Positions 34,488-47,436 of a stretch of 64,000 bases of DNA are shown piece after piece. The notes below the pieces were generated by a model, which saw only the letters and a list, made by a program, of their open reading frames with translations, did no database searches and was not told where the DNA came from. Each line of letters opens with the position of its first letter. Position 1 is the first letter of the stretch. Position numbers and translations under genes: made by a program. Origin of the DNA: Octopus sinensis (taxonomy: Eukaryota). The stretch spans positions 51,150,001 through 51,214,000 of the forward strand of contig NC_043002.1 of NCBI RefSeq assembly GCF_006345805.1, in the 5' to 3' direction.

Positions 34488-35194
34488 AGTTGTAGACCTA
34501 AAATCAAGCGCACTTAAACTATGACGATAACAAACTTTATTTTTAAGAATAGTGTAGCCAGGCATGCATTGCGTCATCATTTCTTCTTCATATTAAGATA
34601 TCACCTTATGACTTGTTGGAGATTTGGCTGTTAATTATAGCAAGTCAAACTATGATACAAAGTCTCCTGCATAAGTATTCTTCTTTAGCACAGATCACTT
34701 TTGATGACACGGGTCTATCAGCATAAGAGTTCCACAAGTGACCATCCTGTATATTCTCCCAATCATACTGAGCGTCAAACTGTATTGTTCTGTGTCTCTC
34801 TTCTTGTTTCAAACAACAGAAAGTATGAAGAATTCGTCACAATAATAAAGTTAGAGAAGATAAACTATGGCGGCACAATCTTGCGGTACAATAGGAACTG
34901 AATCATCGACGGTCAACACGCATTCTTTGAGAGTTGTCTATTCGTGTGACAACAAGTGTGTTGTCCGTGTATCACGTTGTCATGTGACACTAAAAGTGCC
35001 ACGTGCCTTTGTTGTTCTTTCTGATTACTCCAGTCAATCTTGATCGAAGAGATCTACGATTAGAACGTATATCAGCAGTGACCATTTCTTAATGCGTTGA
35101 GAACCTAAAACGTCATTACTCAATGTGTTATTTTCTCAAAGGGTGGCGGAATGATTCGAGGGAAACTGAGTTGGTTAATATTTCTAGCATGTCG

Positions 35195-35356
35195 GAGTGG
35201 CTGTTTGGTAAGTAGCTTCCTTACGAACAACATGGTTCCGGGTTCAGTCCCACTGCGTCGCACCTTGGGCAAGTGTCTTCTACTATAGACTGGGGCCGAC
35301 CAAAGCCTCGTGAGTGGATTTGGAAGACGGAAACTGAAAAAAGCCCGTCGTATACA

Positions 35357-35387
<31 letters not shown>

Positions 35388-36060
35388 TCTATTACACATA
35401 TCAGTTATTTGACTGCGGCCATGCTGGAGCACCACGTTAAAGGATTTTAATCAAAGATGTTGACCCTAGGACTTATTCTTTGTAAGCCTCGTACTTATTC
35501 TATCGACACTTTTGCTGAATCGCTAAGCTAGGGAACGTAAACACACCAACAACTGTTGTTAAGCGATGCTGTGGGAGACAATCATAGACACAAAGACACA
35601 CACAAATAAATATATACATACGACAGGTTTCTTTCAGTTTCCGTCAACTATATCCACTCATAAGGTTTCGGTCTGTCCGGGCCATAGTAGAAAACAATTG
35701 TCGAAAGTGTCACGCAGTGGGACTGAACCCGGTACCGTATGGTCGGGAAGCAAGCTTCCTACCCCACAGTCACGCCTGCGCCTGTGTACATGTGTGTGTG
35801 TGAATATACATGTGTGCATGTAAGCATGTGTGTGTCTGTGACTGTGTTTGTTCCACACTACTGTTTGACAACTCGTCTTTGGTTTGTTTACGCTCCCGTA
35901 ACTTAGTGGTTCGGCACAAGAAACATAGAATAAATTCCAGACATTGTTTTTTCTTTTAAAAATTCCTGGAATCGATTCGCTCGACTAAAACACTGCAGCT
36001 TATACTGGGGCAGTACTCCAGTATGGCCGCAGTCCAATGACTGAAAGAAGTAAACGTTAA
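35195..36060. mobile_element. Nested family C SINEs: a minus copy (35400-35783) inside a plus copy (head 35195-35354, tail ~35831-36060)
   Basis: Head, (TACA)n, complete inverted copy, (TG)n and tail appear in that order. Confidence 0.7.
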
Positions 36061-36439
36061 AAGGTAATTGGATTTGGTGGTGTTTGTAGTGCAATGTATG
36101 GTGAACCGTGTTCTGTAATTTAATGTAATGCGCAGGTTATCGTGATATTTGCTAGGGTGGGGAGTTGATTTCGAGTACCTGTTGTTGTTGCTGTTATATA
36201 CCTGAGGTAATGTGACATACTTTATGGCAGTTGTAGTCCTAGATGGACTGAGGTGTGGTATGATATGAGAAGTGTTTGGATTTTACTGATGTAACCAAAA
36301 CACTTGCTGGGTTTTGTAAAATGTTCCAAATGAAAACTTGGCGACTTACGAAGAAATGCGAGAAACACATGCACAGACCCTTCAATCTCTTCGCCACCAG
36401 TATCTTTCCGTATCTTATAATGTATTTATCAACCTCTCC

Positions 36440-36478
<39 letters not shown>

Positions 36479-36644
36479 GTCACTCTCTCTCCCTCTCTCT
36501 CTCTTTCCTTCTCCCTCTCGTTTTACACTCTACACACACACAGACATACACGTACAACCACACACATACATATTTTACATATATTTGTACCCACCTCCTC
36601 TTCGCTATCTCTAGATCAACTACAACTTCTCTCTCTTCTTTACC

Positions 36645-36686
<42 letters not shown>

Positions 36687-36878
36687 TTCAATCTCTTTTG
36701 CCTTCCTTGTCTCACTATATATTTATCTCTTTCACCTTCACACTTAAGACTTGGCGTACAAAACTATGTATATATAATACATATGTATGTGTGCGTATAT
36801 ATGTATATATGTAAGCATGTATACATGTATAAGTGTGTAAATGCATACGGACACACACACATATACATACATATATAC

Positions 36879-36940
<62 letters not shown>

Positions 36941-37280
36941 ATGCATACATATACGTATATGAGTATATGTACACACACATACACAGAAATACACACACAC
37001 GCACGCACACACACAAACACACACACACACACATATACATACCTTCATCTGTCTTCCTTTCCAAAACTGTTTCTCCTCCATCTCACTATATGTCTGTTTT
37101 CATTTATGTCAGTTGATTCTCCCTCCCTCTTCATCACCTCTCTCTCTCTCTATTTCTGCTACTATATATCCATATGTTTATCTATCTATCTATCTATCTA
37201 GTTATCACTGATAGACTTCCTTTCACACTTTCTGATATTTTATCGTTACTACGTTCCACACACACACACTCTCTCTGTCT

Positions 37281-37315
<35 letters not shown>

Positions 37316-38029
37316 GTCTCCCTCTCTCACTCTTCCTCACTCCTCTCACCATTTCCGTTTCATAATCTGTTTTACCTTAGTCTCCTATATCTTTCTACCC
37401 CCTCTGTCACTCTACCCATTGTGGCTTTACTCTGTCTTAACATTCACCGCCAAAACTCTCTTCGTTTCTTTCCCCTTCTTCCTCTCTCTCCCTCTCACTC
37501 TTTCCTTTATTTTTCTCTCACTTTTCCCCCATGTCCTCCACTTCCTCACTTCATCTCAATGTAACTGATGCAGGAAATCAAAGAACACCGTACAGTTTCC
37601 AAAAACGTCAATTGTTTAATGAAGGTGACAGCAGCAGTCACAGATTGTACGAAGACATGTCTGCTTTTTCCTGCGAATTATTTTCCTTTTAGTAGAAACT
37701 TCTCGCCGCTTTTCCTGTCTTCCTTTCGCTCAATTTCTTCTGGATCACTCTAGTTTTTGTGACATTTTATTCCAAACTTACATCAACAACAACAATTCAG
37801 TTACAAAACTTTGACACATCATTTCATCAATTGTTATTAATGCGTGCGTGAGCGGCCTCTTCATATTTCTAACACTCTCGGTCATTTTCACTCACCTTTT
37901 ATCTTCCTTTTTATCCTGTTCTCTCACTCCCTCTCACTCATTCACTTATTCCCCTCTCTCTCTATTTCTTTCTTTCTCTCTGTCTTTTCAATATCCATTG
38001 ACTCTCCCTCTCTCTCATTTTATGTACAT

Positions 38030-38084
<55 letters not shown>

Positions 38085-39119
38085 TATATACATATACATA
38101 TATATACATGCACACACAGCACAAACATTTACCTACATACATATCTGTCTTTCTTACTACACATGCACACATATGCATACATATATATATATATACACAT
38201 ATACATACAAGTGTATGAGTCTGTGTGTGTGTGTGTGTTTGTGTATGAGTTTGTGTCTCTGTGTGTGCGCGCGTGCGTTCAATGCTGCACATTCGTTTTC
38301 GCTGTCTGTTATAGGATTCGATTTCGTCATTATAAACCAGCCAAACTACTCGTCGATCCAAGGTTAATTGTCCACTCCATCATCGAGTTGTTGTTCTCCC
38401 ACTGTTTCTTATCTGCTACCAACAACATACTACTACTGCCAAATAAATGGATGAAAAGACATGAAAAAAAGAAAGAAAGAAGGTAAGAAGAAGAAAGAAA
38501 GGAGGAAAGAAGAGGCATTAGAAGAAGTTCTCTTACCTTCTCCAAAGATTCATAGTTCTTTCGTAGTTCTGTCAAATTTCCATTATACATATGTTTGATC
38601 CAGACACACATCTTTAAATGTGTGTTTGAATCGTTGCTAGTTTCAAACGGTTTCTCCAGGCTTTGGATTAATTTATTTATATGTTCAAGGTAGGGGTTAT
38701 TATTTTACATAATAAATGGGAAAAAGAAGCATCAAGTAAGATTTCGGCCATGTTTCAACAGCCGAATTGTGAATTTCTGTTTCTTTATTATCGCCGTATG
38801 ATGAATCAATGTATGGCTATTAGTAAAGAATGGACAAAATTCTAAGAAATGAAAGTGATTACTGAGGTTTTCGTGTTGGTGTCAGTGTTGGAGTTGATAT
38901 TAGAGCTAGTAGTGGGATCGTATTGGACGGATGTTTTGGAGACGTTGGAGGCTTGTGGTGGTTGCGATTGCGGTAGGCGTGGTGTGAGTTGTGATTGTGG
39001 TGGAGGCGAGAGTGGTATTTTGGGTAGGAGTTAGTGCAAAGTGGTAACTACTGCTTGCAGTTCGGGCGCAGACCACTGCTTCAAGATTGGAAAGAGAGGT
39101 CAAAAGAAAAGATTGGTAA

Positions 39120-39199
<80 letters not shown>

Positions 39200-39220
39200 G
39201 TAGATAGATAGATAGATAGC

Positions 39221-39500
39221 GGCGCACCACTCAGTGGTTAGAGCGTCGGGGTCACAATGATGAGGTGGTGAGTTCGAATCCCAGACGGGGCTATGTTGTG
39301 TTCTTAAGCAAAACACTTTATTTCATGTTGCTCCAGTTCACTCGTGTAGAAATGAGTTGCGATGTCACTGGCACCAGGCTGCATCTGCCTTTGTCTTTAA
39401 CTTGGATAACATCGGTGGCGTGGAGAGGGGAGGCTGGTATGCATGGTCTTCCACAAATAATCTTGCCCGGACTTGTACCTCGGAGGGAACTTTCTAGGTG
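39221..39500 (+). mobile_element. SINE family B (variant 3' half), followed by a family C fragment on the minus strand (~39500-39600)
   Basis: CACTCAGTGGTTAGAGCG...GAGTTCGAATCCC...GTTGTGTTCTTAAGCAAAACACTTTATTTCATGTTGCTCCAG. Confidence 0.8.
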
Positions 39501-40168
39501 CAAATTCATTCACAAGGCATTGGTCGGCCGGAGTTATAGTAGAAGACACTTGCCTGAGATGCCACATAGTGGGAGCGCACACGAAACCACCTGGTTGCTT
39601 CTTAACCATGCACCCATGGTTGCACACCCAAAGCGCATGTGCTCACAGATGCAATAATATTTATGTGCGTGCGCCTGAATTATGAGGGGAGAGGATATCC
39701 ATTACAATGAAAGGCAAAGTCAACCTCAGCAGAATTTGAACACAGTACGAGGAACCGACGAAATGCCGTCAAACATTTTATCCGGTGTGTTAATGATTCT
39801 GCCATTTCACCGCTTTACATAAGGTTAAAATAGTGTGAAGAAAATAGCACACAAATACCAAATACAGAGTAAACTATGGAGTTTTATTGAAACTGAGAAG
39901 CTTTACATATTGACACTCCAAGTTTCAGGTCACCGATCATCAGGAAGAAGTGAACCTTGAAAATTAAATGATGTCAGTAAGAAACTTTGCGGTATTTAAA
40001 AAGCATCGTATTATTTCAAAAGTTCTAACTGATGATCAGATTTATGAAACTCCGAGTAACGTCATGAGAAAATTCGTTTCCTTCAACACACGCACGCAAG
40101 CATGCATACTCACACACGCGTAAACTAAGGCTTGGCGGTGCATTCAAAAGTACGATTACGTGTTTTAT

Positions 40169-40286
40169 TAATAGTCGGCAGAAGTAACAGAGTGACTCAA
40201 GGACCGAGAGTTTCGTGCATTTGATAAATGCCAACGAAACGACACTCTCGGCCCTAAACTTACTCTGTAACTTCTACTGACTATTA
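40169..40286. repeat. ~118-nt imperfect fold-back hairpin
   Basis: TAATAGTCGGCAGAAGTAACAGAGT pairs with ACTCTGTAACTTCTACTGACTATTA; inner pairs CCGAGAGT/ACTCTCGG, GTTTCGT/ACGAAAC and GCATTT/AAATGC. Confidence 0.75.
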
Positions 40287-40424
40287 GGGGAAAAAGCGTA
40301 TACAAACTTGTATGTAGGCTATGAGTATATATATTATATGTATATGTGTGTGTGTGTGTGTATGTGTGTGTAGAAAGAGAGAGAGAAAGAGACAAAGACA
40401 AAGAGAGAGAGAGATCCGACTTTA

Positions 40425-40565
40425 CTCATTGAGTTCAAACTACGCCGCGCTCATCATCTTTGTCATTCATACATTCGGGGTCGATTAGACAAGTACCAGC
40501 TGAGTACTGGGTTCGATGTAAATGAGTATCATCCCACGCCAGAATTTCAGGCATCATGCCTACAG
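40425..40565 (+). mobile_element. SINE family A, degraded
   Basis: TGAGTTCAAACTACGCCGCG...TTCGGGGTCGATTAGACAAGTACCAGCTGAGTACTGGGTTCGATG. Confidence 0.65.
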
Positions 40566-40825
40566 ACGTAATCGAATACGAAAAGTCGCTACTTGCAGTG
40601 CTGGCAGTGAATTCTTTATAAAATCTACTGAGATAAACTTAAGCTTTATGTCCATACACACATTCACATAGCCACTTACACGCATACAAATGTTTAATTT
40701 CAAATATTAACGAGTTAAACGTTTCGTATACGACATGTTGTTTGTTTGACTCTTGTAAGCGTTTCTAGATTCTTTCTTTCTTGATTTTTGTTTTCATCTT
40801 GTCTTACACGTAGCAATGTAAAGTA

Positions 40826-41227
40826 CTATTTATATGTATATACGAGAAAAACGCCCCCCGTCCCATGGACGGTGCTGACTTGTCTAACATTTAAACCAAA
40901 TTTTCTCAAAACAACTTGTCCGACCATCTCATAGACCTCCCCTTTTAGAAACACTGATTTAACCTGAATTTGAGACACCGTGCATTTTTCTCGCGTACGC
41001 GTAGTATCGATCGCAACAGCTGATGTACTTGCGCTTACAAATGTACGTTCCCACGGCTTTATCGATCGCATTCTCATTTGGAATTGATTTTTGCAATATT
41101 TTCAAGACTTATACACGCCCTGATACCGTCGGTATCTACATATCAAATTTGAGCGCAATCGGATAGAGGATGTCCGAGATCCGAGAAAACATACACACAC
41201 AGACAGATCGGATTTTATATAAGAGAT
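40826..41227 (+). mobile_element. Non-autonomous Helitron-like element
   Basis: 5' palindrome CGTCC-CAT-GGACG near the start. The 3' end CAAATTTGAGCGCAATCGG...ACACACAGACAGATCGGATTTTATATAAGAGAT parallels the end of 48467-49997 and the architecture of Lep1-type non-autonomous Helitrons (from memory). Confidence 0.5.
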
Positions 41228-41766
41228 ATGTTTATGTTTAGAGCACGATGTAAGCGTACATAATATTAGTTTTTTTTTAGGAAAGCATTTGTGAAAGACA
41301 ATAAGGAAACAATGAAGAACACCCTCGTTGATTCTCAAGTGATTATCATATTTCCAATACTCATATTTTCATACGTTGGTCCGATGTTACTGTATAACCA
41401 CCTGATTTATGATATATACACAAATATATAGGTATGTTTATAAAGGTTGACGTAAATCAAATCGTATAGATTATATTTCTAAAAGCTTTGTTTATCTATG
41501 TTCAGAAGGTTTAGGGCTGAACTATGTAATTAGTTATTGAGGGTTTAGTCAGTAAGAATAGAATTATTGACTTTAGCTGGTTTGAATTTACAATATATAA
41601 TGTATTTTGACTTCGTTGGTTCAATAGCTATAGGTAGATATCAATCTATCTATTCATCTATCTGTTTGTCTGTCTGTCATTTATATATTTATCTATCTCC
41701 TTGTCTATTTATCTATTTTTTTATGTATCATCTATCTATCATCTAACCATACATACATATAATATA

Positions 41767-41863
<97 letters not shown>

Positions 41864-42094
41864 TACACACACACATATATATATCGTACGCTCATATGTA
41901 TACATATATGTGTGTATATATATATAACGGCAAAGTTTACGAAAATAAACAAAAGACGAAGGCAGGTGGAGTACAAACATACAAATGTATTAGTATAGCG
42001 CTCAGGAATAGAAATAGAAAAAGTCTTTTACGTTTCGAGCCTACAGAAAATACACAGAAAAAACAAGGAGAGAAAAAGAAGGAGAGAAATATAT

Positions 42095-42160
<66 letters not shown>

Positions 42161-42270
42161 TATACAAATACAAACAGTCACACACACACATATACATATA
42201 TACAAACATACATATATGCGTTTTATTCACGAAGTGCATATACATATATTTGCATTTATGTATATATGAC

Positions 42271-42321
<51 letters not shown>

Positions 42322-42334
42322 CCACACACGTATG

Positions 42335-42383
<49 letters not shown>

Positions 42384-43083
42384 ATATTCTATACAACTAT
42401 GTATATACTGTATACAATGTTTGTGCGTGTGTTATGGAAATATATGCGTGTCCTTATGTCTTTGTGTGTTTAATATGATATTACATTTTAAACAATCGGA
42501 AATGCAAACTGAAACCTACTTAGTGAGTATGTAGTGCATAGTTAAGAGAAATGATTGAATGTCAAATACCTGGGTAGCCCCCTCCATTCGATTCTCACAT
42601 TTCTTACCGTAAAATCTTATATTTCCCTAGTTCTCTTTAATTCTTTTTTTACTTTAGATACATTTTTTTCATATTGCTCTCTCTAAAGAATCATGCTTGG
42701 TGAGTCGCTAGCTTCTTTATATTTTTTCAGCAGAATATATATACACACATACACATATGTGGGTGTGCATATTAATATGTGTGTGCGTGTGTGTGTGTGT
42801 ATGTGTGTGTGTATTCCCTTGTTGTAGTTGTAATGGAGGTTTCCAAGATTTTTAATTCGCCGCCTTGATACCTGGCATTTCGTCCAGTTTAATAGTAAGG
42901 TGACGTAGGATCAATTCGCTCTTAAGTTTCTAGTCAGATAAATAGCAGCCATTGCTACTATTTATATATATTAATCATAAAATATAAAATCAAATATTTA
43001 CATTAATAATTCTTATAAAAAATTAAGGCAAATACGTGATGCTCAAATTAAAAATTTGTTTGTCAAGTTATGAGCAGATAATA

Positions 43084-43161
<78 letters not shown>

Positions 43162-43214
43162 CTCATATACACACACATTCGCACAAACAGACACACGTTT
43201 ATATGACGTGTACG

Positions 43215-43258
<44 letters not shown>

Positions 43259-43726
43259 GAAAATAGAGACAAAACCACTATTAGGCAAATCAAACAATGA
43301 AAAACTTAAGCCAATACATAAGATTATTTAATTTATATTATTTAAATATATAACAAAATTATTAAAAAAATATAACTAATATCACACTACGATATAAATA
43401 TATATACATACAAACATACTTGACGTCATGAGAATGTGAAATAATTCTTTCAGGGAATCTCGAAGCAGATAATCCTATATATAAAGAGGTTTAAATAATT
43501 GGTTTAAATCACTTTGAATAGAGAAAGTTGTAGACTCCTGTTATGTATAGAAGAGAGATACGTTCGAATCCCAAAGCCAGCTGTAGCCTTTTTCTGCATA
43601 AAAGGTTTTTAAACCAATATTTGTAAGATATAATTTGTAGCTTAATTTGCTTTGAGATACACAGTTTCGAAAAAAATAAAGATGTATGTATGCGTGTCTA
43701 TATGATGTATATATATATGTATGTAC

Positions 43727-43757
<31 letters not shown>

Positions 43758-43802
43758 TGTATGTATGTATGTATGCATGATTATATCTATCTACCCATCT
43801 GA

Positions 43803-43899
<97 letters not shown>

Positions 43900-43944
43900 A
43901 CTTTCTATGCATATATATGTATATATATATATTCTTTTACTTGT

Positions 43945-44333
43945 TTCAATAATTTGACAGCGGGCATGCTAGATCACCACTTTAGTCGAACATATCGACC
44001 CCAGGACTTATTCTTTGCAAGCCTAGTACTTATTTTATCGGTCTCTTTTATCGAACAACTAGGTTATGTGGACGTAAACGCACCAACATCGGTTGTCAAG
44101 CAATGGTAGGGCGACAAATACAAACACCCAAATACACACATTCACTCACATACACACACACATATATATATATGACGGGCTTCTTCCAGTTTCCGTCTAC
44201 CAAATCTATTCACAAGGATTTAGTTGGCCCGAGGCAGTAGTAGAACACATTTGCCCAAGTTGCCATGCATTGGGACTGAAACCAGAACCATATGGTTGGG
44301 AAGCGAGCTTCTTACAACAAAGCTACATCTGCG

Positions 44334-44338
<5 letters not shown>
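43945..44338 (-). mobile_element. SINE family C, near full-length
   Basis: ACATATCGACCCCAGGACTTATTCTTTGCAAGCCTAGTACTTATT...CACATTTGCCCAAG...CTGCGCC on the plus strand. Confidence 0.8.
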
Positions 44339-44394
<56 letters not shown>

Positions 44395-44743
44395 AGAGAG
44401 AGAGAGAGAGAGAAAGATAGAGAGGGAGGAAGAGAGGACAGACACGGATAGAGATGTAGGTGCTAACATACATTTATATGCACAAACATATATATGGATA
44501 TACAGCATCAAAAAAGAAATTCTCATTACACATCGACGCGCGCGTGCGCACACACACAGACACACATATACACACACATATTGATACGTCAATCACACAC
44601 GAACGACAACAGCACATAGTTTTAAACAATATCTTCTGTGGTGGAGACGATGAAACACACTTAAAGCGAAGCTTTCATATCCAATGATCATTTCAAGTGT
44701 GAAACCGAGTTCAAAGTCATAAAAACATACAAGGTGCTATATA

Positions 44744-44789
<46 letters not shown>

Positions 44790-44920
44790 TATGGTATATG
44801 TGGGTGTGTGCGTATAGATAGATATGTAGATAGACACACAGAGAGAGATACAACTTATACATATACATATATATATATACATATATATATATATAGTATA
44901 TTATATATATATATATGTAT

Positions 44921-44983
<63 letters not shown>

Positions 44984-45369
44984 GAGTAGTAAAAAGATGA
45001 TGGTGAATAAGCCCATTGCAATGATGTTGTTTTAAGTAATGCTAGATTATCAGAATGTATTTTATTGGGATATTGGTTTGACAGAATCATCGAATATGTC
45101 TATGTTTTTTTTTTGTATTTTTGTTTATGTACAACTTACTTGTTGGTTTAGTAAGCCAAATCCTCATCATCATCGTCATCATCATCACCGTCATCATCAT
45201 CATCATCATTGTCGTCGTCGTCGTCAACGGCGGCGGCGGCATCATCATGACCACAACATCTGCAGATTTATGTTCATCAGCGCAGGCATAAATGTGTGTG
45301 ATGTTCTAGTATTTTTTGTATGCAAATATATATATATATATATGCCTACATACATACATACATACATGC

Positions 45370-45404
<35 letters not shown>

Positions 45405-45518
45405 ATATATATATATTATATAATATATATATATATATATACATACATATATAGATATACATATATATAATATATATATATTAATATATAATATATATAT
45501 TATATATATATATATAAT

Positions 45519-45551
<33 letters not shown>

Positions 45552-47436
45552 TATGCCTATATGTATTTATGTATGTATTATGTACATATATTGGATATGT
45601 GTATGTCTGTGTATGAATAGTATATGTTTAAATAGTTATGGTTATATATGTATCTCCTTGACTCCTTTTTCTGCTTTATATCGACCAACGACATAAAATC
45701 CCTAAATATTCTTTTTCTTTTTTTATTTTCCGTGGCTTTCTTTCGTCACTGTATTTTAATTTTTATTTTCTTCCTCGTCCCTTTTTTTTTTGTCTTACAT
45801 TGTTTCTTCGTTATTCATACAAAAATTCATTTACTTATTCCTCTTTACATCACTTACCGTTTCATTTTTTTCATTATTTTCCCTCATATTTATCTTTCAG
45901 GCGTTATACTGTCTACCGTTCTACATTCATCTTACTGTAAGACACACACACACACACACACACAGGTGTGTTTCTCTGTGTGTGTGTGTGTGTAGTCTAT
46001 TATCGAAACTAAAGTTGAGTGCTTTTCTCGCGACCAAGGCCCCGAAGATCAGCAGCCGAATGAGCAACGGAATTAGGACTTTTTCCTGAAGATAACAGTG
46101 GTGTGAAACTTGGGTCACGTTTCAGACTCTCATCATCAGTTGTATTGAGCACGCCTTTATTATGTGATTGATATTAAGTAACATACGTATATACTCATAC
46201 TGAGACTGTCCTAGTCAGATTTATGTTCATCAGCGCAGGCATAAATATGTGTGATGTTCTAGTATTTTTTGTCAGGGCGTATCTTTAGACGACCCATTAG
46301 ACCTGAATTTCTAATTCCTATAAACCCTTCCATAATCGAAGCGAAAATCAAAGATATGTTTATAAACACCCTTACTACCTACCTTTTGTATTTAGTTACT
46401 TAATTCTTAAAATTAGCCGTAGAATCACGTCTTTATTCATCTACAGTATTATTTGACAGGAACTCCTATCCTATTATAAGGCTCAATATAGTGTCTTTAC
46501 TTATAACTCTCCTCATCGTCAACCAACTAGTCGTAAGAATCGATCACACAATATGTTTGGGTTTGCTTCTCTTCTTAAATTTTTAGGCAAGTGTAGGTAA
46601 AATCACTTTCCAAGCAACGGCAGATATAATAAAATATTTATTTGACACACAAGTAAACTTACATATTCCAGTACCCCACCAATAACGTATAACAAGCAAA
46701 GAATGACTTAGACTCATCCTAGTTGCAGAGATGAAGCTAAACGCCCTTTGTTACAGCTATGTAATATGCCCTCACTCGTTCATGAAACGTAAGTTACGGT
46801 AAACTACGACATCGGCTAGACAGAGATTAAACGCTATTTAGGGAAAATTTGAATTGTGATACAGCAACCATCTTTCTTGTTTAGGTATTTCCAGAAGAGA
46901 CGAACAGGAAGCCCTCGACATTAATCTTGAGACTAATAGTTCTGGGCAGCAAATATGACGTCAAATGGAAGAGTCTTTCTAAGACCATACGCTTAAAAAG
47001 AAAAAAAAGTTCCGTAAGCTCACTTGAAAACCCTTACCTCTTAAAGAACTTAAGAACCTCAAGGGACAGAATAAATACTAATAACAAAATTTTCTCATCA
47101 CGTCCATATTCTACAAAGTACATTTTAGCGGAATTAAAAGTTAAAATACCAAACAGCCTGTAACCCAACCCACCGTTGGTTTATGAAATTTTCGGTATGT
47201 AGAGAATTATCTCCCCTTGGTCATTCTTTGTATTTTGATAACTCCGCACGCCGTTTGTTCATTTAAAACTTGCTCATCCCAAACGCAGTTACTAAACCAT
47301 CTTGGCATCACCAGTTTAAAAATGGTGCAATGAATTAAATATTCTATCCAGGAAATCCTGGTTAGCTGAATTTCACAAGTTTTTTTGTTTTTATGTGATC
47401 CTTATTAACAACAAGAACAAAAAAATATAATAATCC

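Noticed and set aside
37566-37615. CTGATGC-A-GGAAA...TTTCC-AAAAACGTC hammerhead-like motif
   Set aside because: A9 and G12 are both altered and stem I does not pair.
38315-38362. 48-bp candidate plus-strand exon (ATAG|...CAAG|GTTAAT)
   Set aside because: Weak donor and no recognisable peptide.
46860-47160. Upstream extension of the 47870 PLE ORF
   Set aside because: Lys-rich translations are suggestive, but no diagnostic motif was recovered.
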